From contig MCFE01000007.1 of NCBI GenBank assembly GCA_002104905.1, positions 203,060 to 267,059 on the forward strand: a stretch of 64,000 bases of DNA. The letters are read 5' to 3'. This document shows positions 13,468 to 26,356 of the stretch, piece by piece; positions within the stretch are counted from its first letter, which is position 1; every line of letters begins with the position of its first letter. Position numbers and translations under genes: made by a program. The notes beneath the pieces are model-generated. The model saw only the letters and a program-made list of their open reading frames with translations. It made no database searches and was not told the DNA's origin. The DNA is from Basidiobolus meristosporus CBS 931.73 (lineage: Eukaryota; Fungi; Basidiobolomycota).

Positions 13468-13754
13468 ATTGAAAAATGGTTGCTAGTGAGAGAACTATCA
13501 AAATGAATTGCTGTGGAAACCCGCTATTTCACATCCAAATACGTATGCGCTATGGAATATTGGAAATCAAGGTCTGCCCCTCATGTCCGGAGTGAAATCC
13601 TCTGATTACGTGTAGTATTGCTAAGGTTTCCTATTCTATGTGATTAAATGGGTGATTTATTCCGAACACGATTTTCTGCAACTTTGAATTCTGACAGTAA
13701 AGGGGGATAATTTAAGTAGGTTGGTGGAGATATGATATATGGTACGTGCATGCT

Positions 13755-14363
13755 CTAAATAGGGCAAAATATTAGAGTGTTGCGGGAACAGAAAACGAAG
13801 AAGGCCACAACAAAGACGATCATTAGAAATATTATGGAAAGCATAATGTATACAACGTTCTTGACTTTATCCCATTTGCTCGACTTTTGACAAGTCCCAT
13901 CCTTACAAGTACTAGAGTCCGAACATTGGATGGTGTCTGAGCAAGAACCCCCAACTTGAATTTTCTCTTTGCACAGATTGTCGGTGCCACAGAAAAGGGT
14001 GTTGCTTGCGCAATTCCCATAATATGGTGACAGAGTCTGTTCATTAGGTCCAAAGGCCCATTTAAGAAATTGGTTCCGGAGAGAGGGATTGGCTGGTGCT
14101 TGGCAATGAAAGCAAGTAGCGTTGACGGCACTGACTACAGGTTGAAATATGACCTTGCTAGAGGTGACCACACATCCTTGAGAGTTTCCAGGCAGACATA
14201 AAAAGCCTTCGGTTTGTACAAAGCATTTCTGGCCGACCTGAGGGCATACTGGTCCCGTTTCTACCACAGATATATCACATTGGGTGCTTTGTGCAAGGCC
14301 TGTGGGTACCAGAGCCGATATAATGACCACAACAAAGTAGATTAGTTTATCCGGATGCAGCAT
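13755..14363 (-). CDS. Cysteine-rich type I membrane protein of unknown function
   Basis: Signal peptide from ATG 14363, about 13 extracellular Cys including an EB-like module (C.EKIQVGGSC....QC.DSSTC.DGTC), single C-terminal transmembrane helix. Confidence 0.7.
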   Translation of the reverse strand: MLHPDKLIYFVVVIISALVPTGLAQSTQCDISVVETGPVCPQVGQKCFVQTEGFLCLPGNSQGCVVTSSKVIFQPVVSAVNATCFHCQAPANPSLRNQFLKWAFGPNEQTLSPYYGNCASNTLFCGTDNLCKEKIQVGGSCSDTIQCSDSSTCKDGTCQKSSKWDKVKNVVYIMLSIIFLMIVFVVAFFVFCSRNTLIFCPI

Positions 14364-14657
14364 TATGCTACTCTTGTTGAGAGGCAACCTGACTTTATGT
14401 ATTTTAGGCTTTGATCCCCAAACATTACACCACATGAAAGCTTGGCAGGTATTGGGTAAAGAAGACCACTATTACGCACCTTTTCATCATAAGAGCTTGG
14501 CTACGCACCCAATTTTGGGTTTTGCATCACACCTGGTAAAGTGGTTGTATTTAAAGATCTCCATTTATAGTAATCTCGTGGGCTAGATGATTTACGGTTG
14601 AGGTATTTATTTTGGCAGAGATATTTACAGCGGAATCCGTCAATCTGCAATTAGGCT

Positions 14658-15656
14658 TTAAGATAAATCCAGGGTGAGAGTTTCATTCAGATAAAGATAC
14701 GTGTATTCTTCCTCCGTATATACATCAACCTGACCACCAACGACATAAACCTTGTTTTGCAAACCCAGTAACCGGGGCGAGATTCTTGGACTTCCTGGCA
14801 ACTGGGGTAAGTTTTGAAGCCATTTCTTATTGGTTAAGTCATAGGCGTGGGGCTGTGTATCCTCTGATGGGACAAAAAAGACCTTGTCTCCAACCACAGT
14901 GGCAGAGAATTGCTTGAGGTTACTCGGCAAATGATCTCCCTTCGACCAAGTATTCTTGGTTGTGTCATATATTTGAATTTCATCAGAGTACTGGTAGTCC
15001 ACATCATAGTATTTCCCGCCGAAGAGATAGATGTCCGTGCCAAACGCTACGCAAGTCGCCTCCCCAACAGCAAGCGGCAGTGGGCTTCCTTGGCTCCATG
15101 TATCGGATGAAGAGGAGTATATGAGGGTGGTATTGTACGGTGTGGGGGTATCATCACCAGTGGAGTATCCTCCAAACAGGTAGATCGTCTTGTTCAGGCT
15201 GCAACCAGCAGCATCATAATACGTGTTAGGTAAAGAGGCAAGTTCACGCCACGAATCGGTGCTGGGGGTATAGGCCCAATTGTTCGCATAACTGATTAGC
15301 TCCTCGCCAGCCTTTGCCCCACCAATCACATAAAAGGTGTTTTCAATTACCACAGATGCAGTACGTTCTCGAACATCGGGTGCGTCTTTGCCGAGAGTCC
15401 AGGTGTTGTTAAGCGGAGAAAAGATTCGAGTCAATTTCGTGTCGAAAACGTCTCCACCTGAAGTGCCTTCTTGTCCCGCAACAAGGAGAAGTTGTCCATT
15501 AATTACTCCACCAGCCATGGAGGAGATCCCCCGACCAGAGAGTCTCATCTCAGTCGTAGTGGGTAAGTCAGCCAATCTTGTCCATTCAGCAGCATTGGCG
15601 AATACAGAGCCATATGCTACTGCCAACCAGGAGTGTAACGAGAAGGACAGCTTCAT
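14658..15656 (-). CDS. Secreted Kelch-repeat beta-propeller protein
   Basis: 332 aa, intronless, signal peptide. Repeated YVIGG/YLFGG...W motifs giving about six blades. Confidence 0.85.
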   Translation of the reverse strand: MKLSFSLHSWLAVAYGSVFANAAEWTRLADLPTTTEMRLSGRGISSMAGGVINGQLLLVAGQEGTSGGDVFDTKLTRIFSPLNNTWTLGKDAPDVRERTASVVIENTFYVIGGAKAGEELISYANNWAYTPSTDSWRELASLPNTYYDAAGCSLNKTIYLFGGYSTGDDTPTPYNTTLIYSSSSDTWSQGSPLPLAVGEATCVAFGTDIYLFGGKYYDVDYQYSDEIQIYDTTKNTWSKGDHLPSNLKQFSATVVGDKVFFVPSEDTQPHAYDLTNKKWLQNLPQLPGSPRISPRLLGLQNKVYVVGGQVDVYTEEEYTYLYLNETLTLDLS

Positions 15657-17419
15657 AACGTAAATGTGGAGTACAGGCTTACATCAACCAGCGCTTATAT
15701 ATTGAAAGCAAGGTTCTGACACTGGCATGGATCACTGCTGTCGAAATCCCATGCAATAGTGACATGGCTAATTGGATCATATTTCTTGGGAGGCCACTTT
15801 GATAGGGCAGGATTGGTTCAAAATGGTCTCGGGTGGAAAATGCCTGGATTAGAGGTGGAGTTGCCTTAACATATGTCCCAAATTGTCCAACAGTGCTTAA
15901 AACAACCGATTGACTCATAAATACGTCACTTCCGTGATTCTCGGTCAATGGGCATTCAGAGCTGGCATTTATACTATCTCACGGCCACCCTTGGCGCCTG
16001 TTTTCTGGCACAATGAGAATATGGGCTTGTCGGATCATTGGTGTCCACCGCATATGGCCTTCACCACAGGAGATGTGACTCAGAAATACGGCTTCCTGAT
16101 CCTATCCCCAGTCCGTTGTGTTAGGTCCTTTGGAGTGGTACTCGTTACACAGCAAGATCTATATTTCTTAACTCTGTGTTCCACACCTACGCCTGAAGGT
16201 TTACAATTGATAAGATAAATATCAAGAAACTCCACACGTTGTATGCATGGTGAGAGGAGACTTATAGATGTAGCAGTAACACTTCAAGATATATCATTTG
16301 AGGCGATATAAATCAGTTGGTGTGGTCCCCAGGATGTCCTGGCGTTGTAGGTGATCAGAGATATAGCGTTGTGTGCTAATCGGGTCATCTGATTTGCTCT
16401 ATCAGTAAGGGGGAACGAAGTGAGATTTGGAGATAAGCCTGGATCGATCAGTTTCAGCAGTATCGTCGTTCATTTCGATGTAGAGCATATACCACGCATG
16501 CCAAGCGTTGCTGTATATACGAGAGCCTAGGGACAGGCACCTCATTGGGTTCTATTCCAGTCTGGCTGAGGGCGGTGTGCTATACCCTTGGTGATCAACC
16601 CTGTTGAACTTCAGCCATACTACAACATCACCTGCCAATGCTCCGTCTTGCTACTTGCCTCATTCCTAACAAAACCTCCGAGGGTGCCAGAGGCTGCTTA
16701 AATTTGCCTATATTGACCATCAGCATCCTAGAACTTTCCATGCTCTACTCAAGATCATCATTGGCTGTGTAACCAATGCAAATCTGATGGTTTGCTGTCA
16801 ACGATGCCTGCTTATATGGTGCAAATCACCTCGATACTCATACCAGTTGAATCGCAATACAGGATTCTCGATACATCTTCCTTTTAAAATATCTAGTGGC
16901 TGGCAGCTTTGTTCTGCTCGACCTGGGGTGTGCATAGGCTCAAACAAGGTTATATTCAAGCACCTTGGCCACAATGTTTCCCCAAATGTCTTGATTGGCC
17001 ATCCGAGTACTAGAGGCTCCATTTATGCAGAGGGGGAGATGCTTCAAAAATTCATTCGGTTTTCAGCAAGTGGCTCTGAATTTGAGTCACTTATACAGAG
17101 CTCCACCGATGCTCAAGTGCGGGAGGTGATCTAGGGCTAATCCAGCCAGCAAAGGTAGAATTAGAGAAGCGTACTCCATGCCATTAAAATTCCGAACCAT
17201 ACCAACCCCCCACTTTTGGAGTGCCTCTGGTAGGTATGCAGTAAAGGAGAGGGCATCCAAAATACACTGCATATGATGTACTTGCACCCTCAAGTGTAAC
17301 CAATAAGGTTATTGCTTAGAACCACTTATTAACAAGCTTCGAAGCTCAACTAGTGACGACACCACTATCGTTCTTCAGACCATTGTTAAAGATCCTTGGA
17401 TATCCTAATACTTAGTGCA

Positions 17420-18346
17420 ATGCCATCACAATCAATTACTTCAACTCGAGATAGTGGGCTAGAATTGGCAGCATCTTCCTTTCAGTTGCCCAATCTACGT
17501 TCACTTTTTCCGGATTTGCTGGAGTCATCTAACTCTCTTGCTTCTCCGCTCCCCAACAGCAAACATCATAACCCATTCGATTTTCCTTGGAATTCTAAAG
17601 ACCTTTGCACGTTCCCAAATGAGCCCTCTAACCATGGCTCAGCTAACTGCTGCAAGCCAGGTTGTAGCTGCGACTCTAACATGCTGGGTGATAACATCTA
17701 TTTTTTCTCCAAACGGGAGAGATTACCCAGTATATCTTCAGCAAGCTCCTCCCCCTTATTAGCTACCCCGCAATCAACCACTGCCGGTCTTCCTACAGAA
17801 TTCGTCGAGGTTGCGGAAAGGGCAGGATTCGAGCCTCCAATATCAATGACAAAGCCGTTTAGTTATTTAGGAAAGTCGGTGGGATTCGATGAGGGAGTTG
17901 TTAACTGGGCCTTCTCTGCCAAAAGGCCTCCGGGGGAACCTCATCCAGGCGTCTGCCAGAAATACCCCCAACCAGAATCAAGAATTACTTGGCAGGCAGA
18001 AAACCAGAGGCCTCTCGGCTCAGGTACGAATGAGCTTCTGGGGGACATGCCCTGCTCCATCAGTAAGTCCATTCCTGCCACTATACATAAGCCCTATCGA
18101 TGCACCCATTGCGGCAAACGATTCGCCAGACCTAGCTCCTTGAATACTCACATTTACTCTCACACTGGGGAGAAACCATTCGAATGTGAGGAGGAGGGTT
18201 GCAATCGCCGCTTCTCAGTCCTCTCTAACTTAAGGCGTCATGCGAAGCTCCATGTAAGAAGCCAGAGGGGACGCCATCTCCACAACAAAACTCTCGGTTC
18301 ACCAATGAAACCAGAGGTTGGAGTGGCATATGTAGGACATTGGTAA
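17420..18346 (+). CDS. C2H2 zinc-finger transcription factor (two fingers)
   Basis: YRCTHCGKRFARPSSLNTHIYSH-TGEKPF-ECEEEGCNRRFSVLSNLRRHAKLH. Confidence 0.9.
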   Translation: MPSQSITSTRDSGLELAASSFQLPNLRSLFPDLLESSNSLASPLPNSKHHNPFDFPWNSKDLCTFPNEPSNHGSANCCKPGCSCDSNMLGDNIYFFSKRERLPSISSASSSPLLATPQSTTAGLPTEFVEVAERAGFEPPISMTKPFSYLGKSVGFDEGVVNWAFSAKRPPGEPHPGVCQKYPQPESRITWQAENQRPLGSGTNELLGDMPCSISKSIPATIHKPYRCTHCGKRFARPSSLNTHIYSHTGEKPFECEEEGCNRRFSVLSNLRRHAKLHVRSQRGRHLHNKTLGSPMKPEVGVAYVGHW

Positions 18347-19169
18347 ACAGCCTATGTCTCCTCGTACGACTCCCCTATATTTTCTCGGCTGTATATACTG
18401 CTTAATTCCTGCAAAGAACTTCGTATCATTTCTCACTTATTTATTTCAATCACATGCTTGAAATCCTCATTACAAGCCACACTTGACGCTGTAGATTCAT
18501 ATTTATATGTAGAAAAATGGATGTTTCCATTAGCGTTGACCCACTTTCCCTTACTCTCGATTAAAATATATTGCTAGCCTTTATTCCTATCTCGCATGAT
18601 TCACCTGATCCCCATCCCAAAGCCATGATGGTAGTAGGTTTTGACGGTATAATGGACTTTTGGGCTCAGTTCGCACTAACTAGCGTACGCTGCTGCTATC
18701 TTTTACCGATCTGCGCCATAAGAGAACTATATTTACCCCGCAAGCCTCCCCTCCCCCAAGTAATGAACAATAGGTTCGACGAAAAATGGCATGTGCTATT
18801 GTGACTAGATTTGGACCCACTGGATATGATCCGGATCAATCTCCACCTATACGCAGGTCTAAAAATTGTAAATAGGGGGTCTGGGGGGTGGATAACAGCA
18901 AGATGCTTAATCGAATAGAAACTATTAGGGATGCTTTATGGTTTAACCTTATACGACTTAAGCAAAATATCTAAATGGCTGAAGAGACTATGAAGCTGAC
19001 AACAAGAAAGATTCAATCGGATTGGATACGAATTGAGAGAATTTGTTGTTATGGAAGGGCCAATAAGTAAACGAGTCATCTTTGATGAAATGCCCGATAA
19101 ACAGAAAGATGGATGGAATCAAGTACGAAACTGGTGTTGCTCTAACCGCGACAAGGCTTCAGAAGAGCT

Positions 19170-20275
19170 CTAGTTGCTACCAGTGCCATTGAATTTGGCC
19201 CATAATTTTTCAAACTCATTACGGAATCCACTGATGGCTTCCGGAGCGTTGGTAATGATGATGTTTTCTTGGTTCTGGTACCGGGCACTAAAGGTGTTCC
19301 GAGGTGAGTTTTGGTGCCGGGAGGAAGCTTGTAAATGATGCTCGCCCTTACCCTTTTGTCCAGTTGTAGGATCCATTGACAACATAGGAATCATCTACGA
19401 TGGCAAACTTGTTGTGCATATGATATGTACTGGAATTACAGTTAGAAATTATCCGCCCAGATGCACTCTATCTCTGAACTACCTGCTGTCTGTACGATAA
19501 GGAATACCAAAGTCACGGTTGAGTCGAAGTACATCCGAGCCAAGAGATTTCATTTGGTCATCATCGGTGATAATTCTCACTTTCACTCCGCGCTTATGTG
19601 CGTTCGCTAGTACACTAGCCAATGAGTCGTCAGTGATGTTGAACACACACACATCCAGGGTATTCCGGGCACTCTCCAACGATTTGATGAGATTCTAAAA
19701 CAAACTGGTTCATTAGGGCACGGAGGGGGGAGGCTCAAAGATATATTACAAGTAACCTTGAAACTGTCTTCTGAAGGGAAGAATAAAGGTTTGGCATAAA
19801 CGCTAGAGTTAGGATGGGCTTCGGCCGCTGGTCTAACCACTGCTGGAGGTCCACCCTGGCCGGCCACCGCGGCCCAGCTTTGGTTCGTGTTGGGATGAGG
19901 TTGTTGATGGGGTTGAGGCTGGGGCTGAGGCTGATAAGAGACCTGCGGAGCTTGTTGACCATGGGATGCTTTGGCCAACAAGTTCTCAACAAGGACTTGC
20001 ATGTAATCAAACACTGCCCGGTCGCGATCGACAGCACAAGCGTTCTTTGCCGCATTGAACAACATAGGTAGCATGGCTCTGGGATCCTGGTTGTTTGCCA
20101 TTAGATGGTTCTGAAAGATCTTGCCCATCTCATTACGAGTGTTAGAGTCCAACGAAGGGGAGGCATTGAAGGTTTTTTCCACGAACTCAGGAACAGAGAC
20201 CTGCCCGGCTTCCTGCACCGAGATGCTGTTGGAGGGAACCAAAAAGGGAATCAAACAGTTTAGAAAATCTGCCAT
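19170..20275 (-). CDS. Single-HKD phospholipase D-family protein, PLD6/Zucchini/Nuc-like (spliced)
   Basis: Exons give LDVCVFNITDD...AHKRGVKVRIITDD, MHNKFAIVD, GSYNWTKG|ARYQNQEN and FEKLW, after a Q/P-rich N-terminal extension. Confidence 0.88.
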
Positions 20276-20811
20276 GTTAGCTGCCTGTTGGACTCTAGGA
20301 AAATGGATGAGAGCGAGTTGTGAGGTGAGGTTAGTTGACCAAAGAAGCAAATTGGGGTTGGGTTCATTCAAATAGTAACGCAGAGGCTATATTTAGAGAC
20401 CCAACCAGATCACAGCGGTGAAAAAATCCCGTCGTCTCACACTCCGCTTTGAGACATCCAAGAAAATCGATCATTGTTTGTTGTCGATTCAAGCCAATCC
20501 TAGGGATGATCAAGTGGCATGAAGGGTGGATTCTATCAATACCGAAGTACCCGAATGTAGATTGGTTGAGACACTGTTTGTCTGATATTCCCCTGAATGC
20601 AGGGAATAGGCGGGCTCCCTTGCTATCCGCATCGTCCTTGAAATATATCTCTTCCCATAGTCGCGTCAGATAGCAATCGAAATGGCAACTGGAGGTTTCT
20701 AAAGAGCTTTAATACTGATGGAACAATTGAGTGGACTAGGTTATCTACATGTATTTTGAGTTTGAGCTGGAACGGGGGAGTAGTGGGTCATCAAAATGTA
20801 TTTTACAAAGT

Positions 20812-23202
20812 CTAAGTGATGGGATGGTTGGGGTCATGACCCATGAAAAATTGGTAGATGCGCTTGGACAATGCTGGCCCAAGACGCCGTGCCGCGACAC
20901 CAGCAGAAGAACGGCCAATCTAAGTGAAGACGTTATTTAGTTCTATGAGCAAGCAAGTGGCCAGCAGTAAAAAAGACATACCGCCACATCCTGAAGCATC
21001 AGTTGTGCTTCATCAGGGTTGGGCATCAATTTGTAAGCGTCGTACAGGCTCTTCAAGGTGGGATATTCATAGATAATTGACCGAGCTACATTTGGAGTGA
21101 CCAGGTGGATTTGCTGCAGCATCAGCTCCCAAACCTCTTTTGCACTAGTCCCGGACTTAACCTGGCCCTCTACACAAAATTTGAGCTGAGTATTCCGTTT
21201 TCTACAAAAAGGCAAAGGTCAGAGAGAAGGGGCCAGGAAGGGTGTCTTTGAACAAATATTACTTGTAAGGAATGGTGGAGATATCCTTAATAAGAACGGC
21301 GATCATAGTATTCGTCTCTTCAATCGACTTCGTATGGACCAACAAGCATTTCCCCACCATTTGCAGCCAGACCAGCTGTTGTTCTACTTGCTCGATGTCC
21401 GGTCCCGTACTGACATCTCCTTTCTTTGGTTTGCCTTTTCTCCTAGTGACCTTGGGCATGGGCTCCTCATCTTCATCAGTGGTTTGGGTGAGAACTTGGT
21501 TAACAAAATTCCGGGATTCCACTCGTTTTCTCTTCTTAATAAATGTGCTCAGCCCCTCAATAATCACGGCAATCCGTTTTCCGGGATGTACTTTGTAGAT
21601 ATCATGAATGAAGCTGTACAGTTCCTGCTTTCCGACTTTCTCTATGAAGTTTTCCCAGGTGAGAACGACAAGAATTGTCTTTTCCTCTTGAACTCTGGGC
21701 ACGATGGGGATCCACATATCTTTGGCTTGATCAAACTCGGCCTGGATTCGCCGCTCGAGTTCGATGGAGTTGGGGATTTGACACGCTTTGGGGTTGACTT
21801 CAACCAGAATTTCCTCTAGGGCCACTGTAATGCCTGCTCGTTCTGTATTGCTCATAAGTGCTTCATCAATGTTGACGATCATCTCCTTGCAGCAATCCAG
21901 CTTATCGAGGCGAAGGTTGTTTACCTCCCGTAACTGACGTTCTTTGGCTTTCTCACGTTCTTTTTCTTCCTGTAAATGGTATGAAGTGCCTATTAGCGTT
22001 GTTCTGGTGTCACGTGCTGAGCAAACGAAGCCACTACCTTTTGCTGTTGCTTTTCGAGTTTTTTTGCTTCTCGTTCGAGCTTCTTTTGTTGTCTCTCATA
22101 CTCCTGATGCAAAGCAACCAGTGTAGGGTAAATATGATGCCCGTTGGCCTTAGAAAAGAGTCACTTACCTTATCGGATCGCCCTACACTCTTGAGTGTAC
22201 TCTCCGACTTCTTCCTTCTAGCCAACTCTCTCCTCACCCTCTCAAACTCGATCTCTTGTAGCGAGGTGTCTAATTTACGGGCCTCTCGCTCAAAGAAGGA
22301 AATTGGCTTATTCGAGGCGGCATAACGATCAGGATGCCGAGAATTCTCGTTGACTCTGGGTCTATTCTCGTCATTCACCAGCCTAAGACGTACGCAATCT
22401 GGAGATGTTCTTGAGGGTTTAGATACGCTATGCGATACGAGTTTCTGAAGGGTAAGCGATTCCAATTCTGTATCATCCAGCGGGTCGCTCGATGTAACAA
22501 TTATGGTATCGTGTTTCGTTGGGGTTACGTGAAGCGAGTAAGAATCACTCGTTAGATCAAAGCTAATTTGGCCTTCAAATTCTGGAGAGTCTCTTGGGTG
22601 CAAGGATTGTCCAGGGCTGATATCGACAGTTTCATCGAAGCTGTTTTCCATAGTTAAATCAAAGTTAGCCTCTATTTCAGTAAGCTCGGAACTACGCTCG
22701 ACGTAAGAAACCCGAGAGGGAGATTTTATAGGTGAGGTGAGAGGAGCCCACTTCAAGGGTGAGGTATCAAGATGAGTCTAAATCGAACAAATATTTGCTA
22801 AGGCACAGTCGCTAATGCCACAAATCTGAATCAAAGGTCTACCTGATCCATATCTTCACTTTTCTTATAGCTTCCGGCCAGTCTACATATGCGGAACCCA
22901 GTAATTTTAGTCATAGAAGGAAATTAAATCAACACATGCTTCTACCTTCTAGACCAGGACGAGCCTAACACTTGCTTCTCTAATTCTTCCAAGTCATCCT
23001 CGTCGTCAGAGATCAGAAACAAAGGTACAGGACTAATTTGGTTGAGCTCCGCATCTGCTCGAACTCTCTTGACTGTCTCCGGAATAGTCCAGTCGTCATC
23101 TGCGTAAGCGACTGTATGGGTATGTGAGGTCTGTGGGGAATCCAAAACTATGACCGCAGGTTCAGTTGTGCTGAGTGTAGGTTGATCGTCCGTAAAACCC
23201 AT
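20812..23202 (-). CDS. EME1: Crossover junction endonuclease non-catalytic subunit (EME1/MMS4-like, spliced)
   Basis: Long disordered N-terminus, ERCC4-like region (EMIVNID...VIIEGL...LVWLQ), then HhH region (WELMLQQI..VT..VA.SI...YPTLKSL.DAY) and RRLGPALSKRIY. Confidence 0.85.
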
Positions 23203-26140
23203 GACTAAACGGGGTTTGGCGAAAGGAGATTTCAGGGAGGGGACGAGAAGCTTGGTGCTCCAACCCTATAGTCTAGCTTGATTTTTTAGCGGACTGTTTG
23301 TTTTGATTTTCCCCCGTTTTGATCCTATTCATTCACATCACTTAAATTAAACAAGATCGATCTTTTCGAGGTAGTAACTTTAGTCAACTCAACAGATGGC
23401 TTTTACGCATCTTATGGGTGTCAATGAGAGTTACAGATCAATGATTGATTCCCCATTGCACTGGGAGATCACCTGGTTGAGCTGGCCTAGCCATCTGATC
23501 GGAGAGGGGCTCCTCGGAATTGGATATCTGAAACCATATCACCTGGATGGTATGATCACTTGAACTGTGTTTATTTTCTGCACCTCCGATTGGTATTCGC
23601 TATGGGCTCTATCAACTATTGAGGCAAACCGCATTGGGCGAGTTCAAGGTGAATCACTTGTCTGACACATGACAAGTTACAAAGTCATATTGCTAATGAA
23701 CACCATGGAGGGTCAACTCAGGCTGGCCACAGAGCCGATGGCCATTTCATAGATAGTACTGCATGACTGACATACCAACGACGGTAACAAAATACATAGT
23801 GTTTACCACTTCATTATGTACGGCAAGCCATACACAAGCTCATCCGAGGGTCAGAGCTATCTGCGCAGAGAACGTTTACTCTCAATAAATGGATAGGAGA
23901 AATGGCCGAGGAGCCCATAGGCAGAGGATACACTATTGAAAAGAGCTGGCGTGTTGCTCCGCAAGATGATAGAGTAAAGAGTCTACTCACTCTCGTCTCA
24001 GTGGCTTTGCTCAAACTACCTTCGAGAGTTCTTTATTCTTCTTGTCGGAGAAGTATTTTTTATGGAGAACAGGGGATATGGCCAACAGTGATGTTACGAC
24101 AATGGTGGCAATGGTGGTAAAGTTAAAGAAAGTGAGTTTCGCTCCCGCCGATAATTGGTGCAAGGCCAACCCCGCCTGCACATGCAGATACGACAATGGA
24201 CCAACGCCTATGCAAAACGCATGTTAGCTCCTTGTTGTGGTGTGCTGCTACGCAATCTCCAATCACTTACCCAAAGATGTTCCGAAAAAGAATGGCCAAA
24301 CCGGAACATCCAAATGTGGCGATGCTATGTTAATAAACCAGTTTGGGCAGATCGGTGCAATACGTAGAAACATGATAAAGTTAAACAGATGGTCACGTTC
24401 ATCGTAAACCTATGCCACTTGTTAGTAGAAAGCAGTAGATAGCTAGAATGTGACTTGATATACACCTTGCCTCGCCAATGTTCTAACTTGCTACTAAAGT
24501 ATGTTCTTATAATATCCCTACCAAGGTAGCGTGACAACAAGTAGCAAAAGGTCGCTCCGATTCCTGAGCACTATAGGCGATTTCTTTGTTAGACAAACAG
24601 GAACTCCACTGTTTACGACAGTAGAAAATGTGTACCAAACAGACGAGAAATAAAGCCAACCACGGAGAGAAAATGGCACCGGAGAGAACGCTCAACCACA
24701 TGCTTCCCGGAACAGCAAAGGCTTGTAAACTACAGAAACGGTCAATCGACCAGGGGGTCTAGGTATTGAGGAGGAATCATACGTACTATATGTATAGAAC
24801 CCCATACGCAATCATCACTTGTTCCTCATGTTTTTTCATAATTGCAGTTAGCTCTACGGCCAGCTCACGCAAATCTGAAACATCTCTTGGCATTCTCAGG
24901 GAATGCTGAAGGCTACAAGCACAAGAAGGTAAGCAGTGTGGTTTGTCCCACAGTCAGGGAGAGTCCGTTACCCTTGGTTTAAGACACAAGTTTTTAACAC
25001 AGAATAGACCACCCCGCTGGAAACCAGAAAAGCGGCAGCCAACAGAAATAATGCTTTTATGTTGTGCTGAATCGAAGATTTCGTTGCCATCGTGTGTTTC
25101 GTATATATACTTTGTACGGACTCCGCTGAGTAATATAGTATCTAGAGGTAGCAGAGGGAGGGGTGGTAGTGGCTTAGTGAAAAAGAGCGTTGCTTGCTCG
25201 AGCAGTAAAAATACCCGGATAAGAAGGAATTTCTTTTTATTTATCCCCCCTTCCCCTACATCTCTAATGTATTTACTCCTAATTGCTCCAATGCTATTCG
25301 AATATTTACACAAATCAGCGCTAATTCATCCACAGGCTACGATCCGGACTCAACTAATCGAGCCCTTTGTTTCCTTGAGTGCACTGATGTTGTTGCTACA
25401 CTTGGCATCACCAAGGCCCGCCGAAGTTCCCCAGACACAGTTCTCTAGAGATGGATGGATGCCGTTTAGGTATTAGTGCGACACAGCCAGCATACAGACA
25501 AGGATCATATGGATTCCATAATCATCAAGATGATCAGTCGACGGCATGCTCCATCCGCGGTTGATTCAATTACCAAACCAGTGATGCCAACCCCCTGCGA
25601 AATAATTTGGAGCATCTGGACCAAGTGGTTCGAACCATCTAGAAATGGCGATGCTGCTCAATGGCATCATGTGATGGTCAGGGTGTTTGAAAATGAGGGG
25701 CTGAGTACTCAGACAGCATTAGACAAAAATCCAGAGTTGATGCATTAACCACAAGAGGAAATCGTCATCTTGATGGACCACGTAAACTGCCACTATGTGA
25801 TAGAATCAGCTAATTAACCTCCCAGGAATTACGCATTTTATGATGCACGTGAGAACTGCGCTACGTAATTCCCAGCCATTGTTTACCGTGAAAAGAAGGT
25901 ATCGACATTTAACTACTGGGATAGATGGGTGTGAGACGGAATTGGAACTACCGCAGAATACGTCAACTGAATTGGTGACATGTCGGTCGTAAGCCCATGG
26001 AGTTCCTCAGCAGGTTTCATTATGAGTTTTGGGAAGTATAAAGAGGCAGATTCTCCCTTGACGCTAGGAAAAACATTAACAATACTACTACACAACAAGT
26101 TCTGTATCTACACCCCATCCCACCTCCTTTCCAAGCTAAC

Positions 26141-26356
26141 ATGACCCCACCTGAAAAAAAGAACACTGAACAGAACAACAACCACGATCGCCACCTGTCC
26201 CGCAACGGTGCTCCAGTCGACCCAAAGTCCCTGAAAAAGCAAGGTGCCGGCCGTGGAAACTGGGGAACATACGAAGATGAGATTGAAGATGCATTGCACG
26301 ATGCACCCTCCGGCCAGAAGAACCCCAGCAAAATCAATGTTGTTCGCAAAGATTAG
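26141..26356 (+). CDS. Small hydrophilin, STF2-like / HABP4-PAI-RBP1 family
   Basis: 71 aa with KKQGAGRGNWG..EDEI motif. Confidence 0.72.
   Translation: MTPPEKKNTEQNNNHDRHLSRNGAPVDPKSLKKQGAGRGNWGTYEDEIEDALHDAPSGQKNPSKINVVRKD

Noticed and set aside
8340-20275. piRNA-like gene cluster (EXD1-like plus Zucchini-like)
   Set aside because: The genes are 9 kb apart with unrelated housekeeping genes between them; there is no evidence of linkage.
23800-25750. Several 60-180 aa ORFs on both strands
   Set aside because: No coherent spliced model or motif; possibly a decayed gene.
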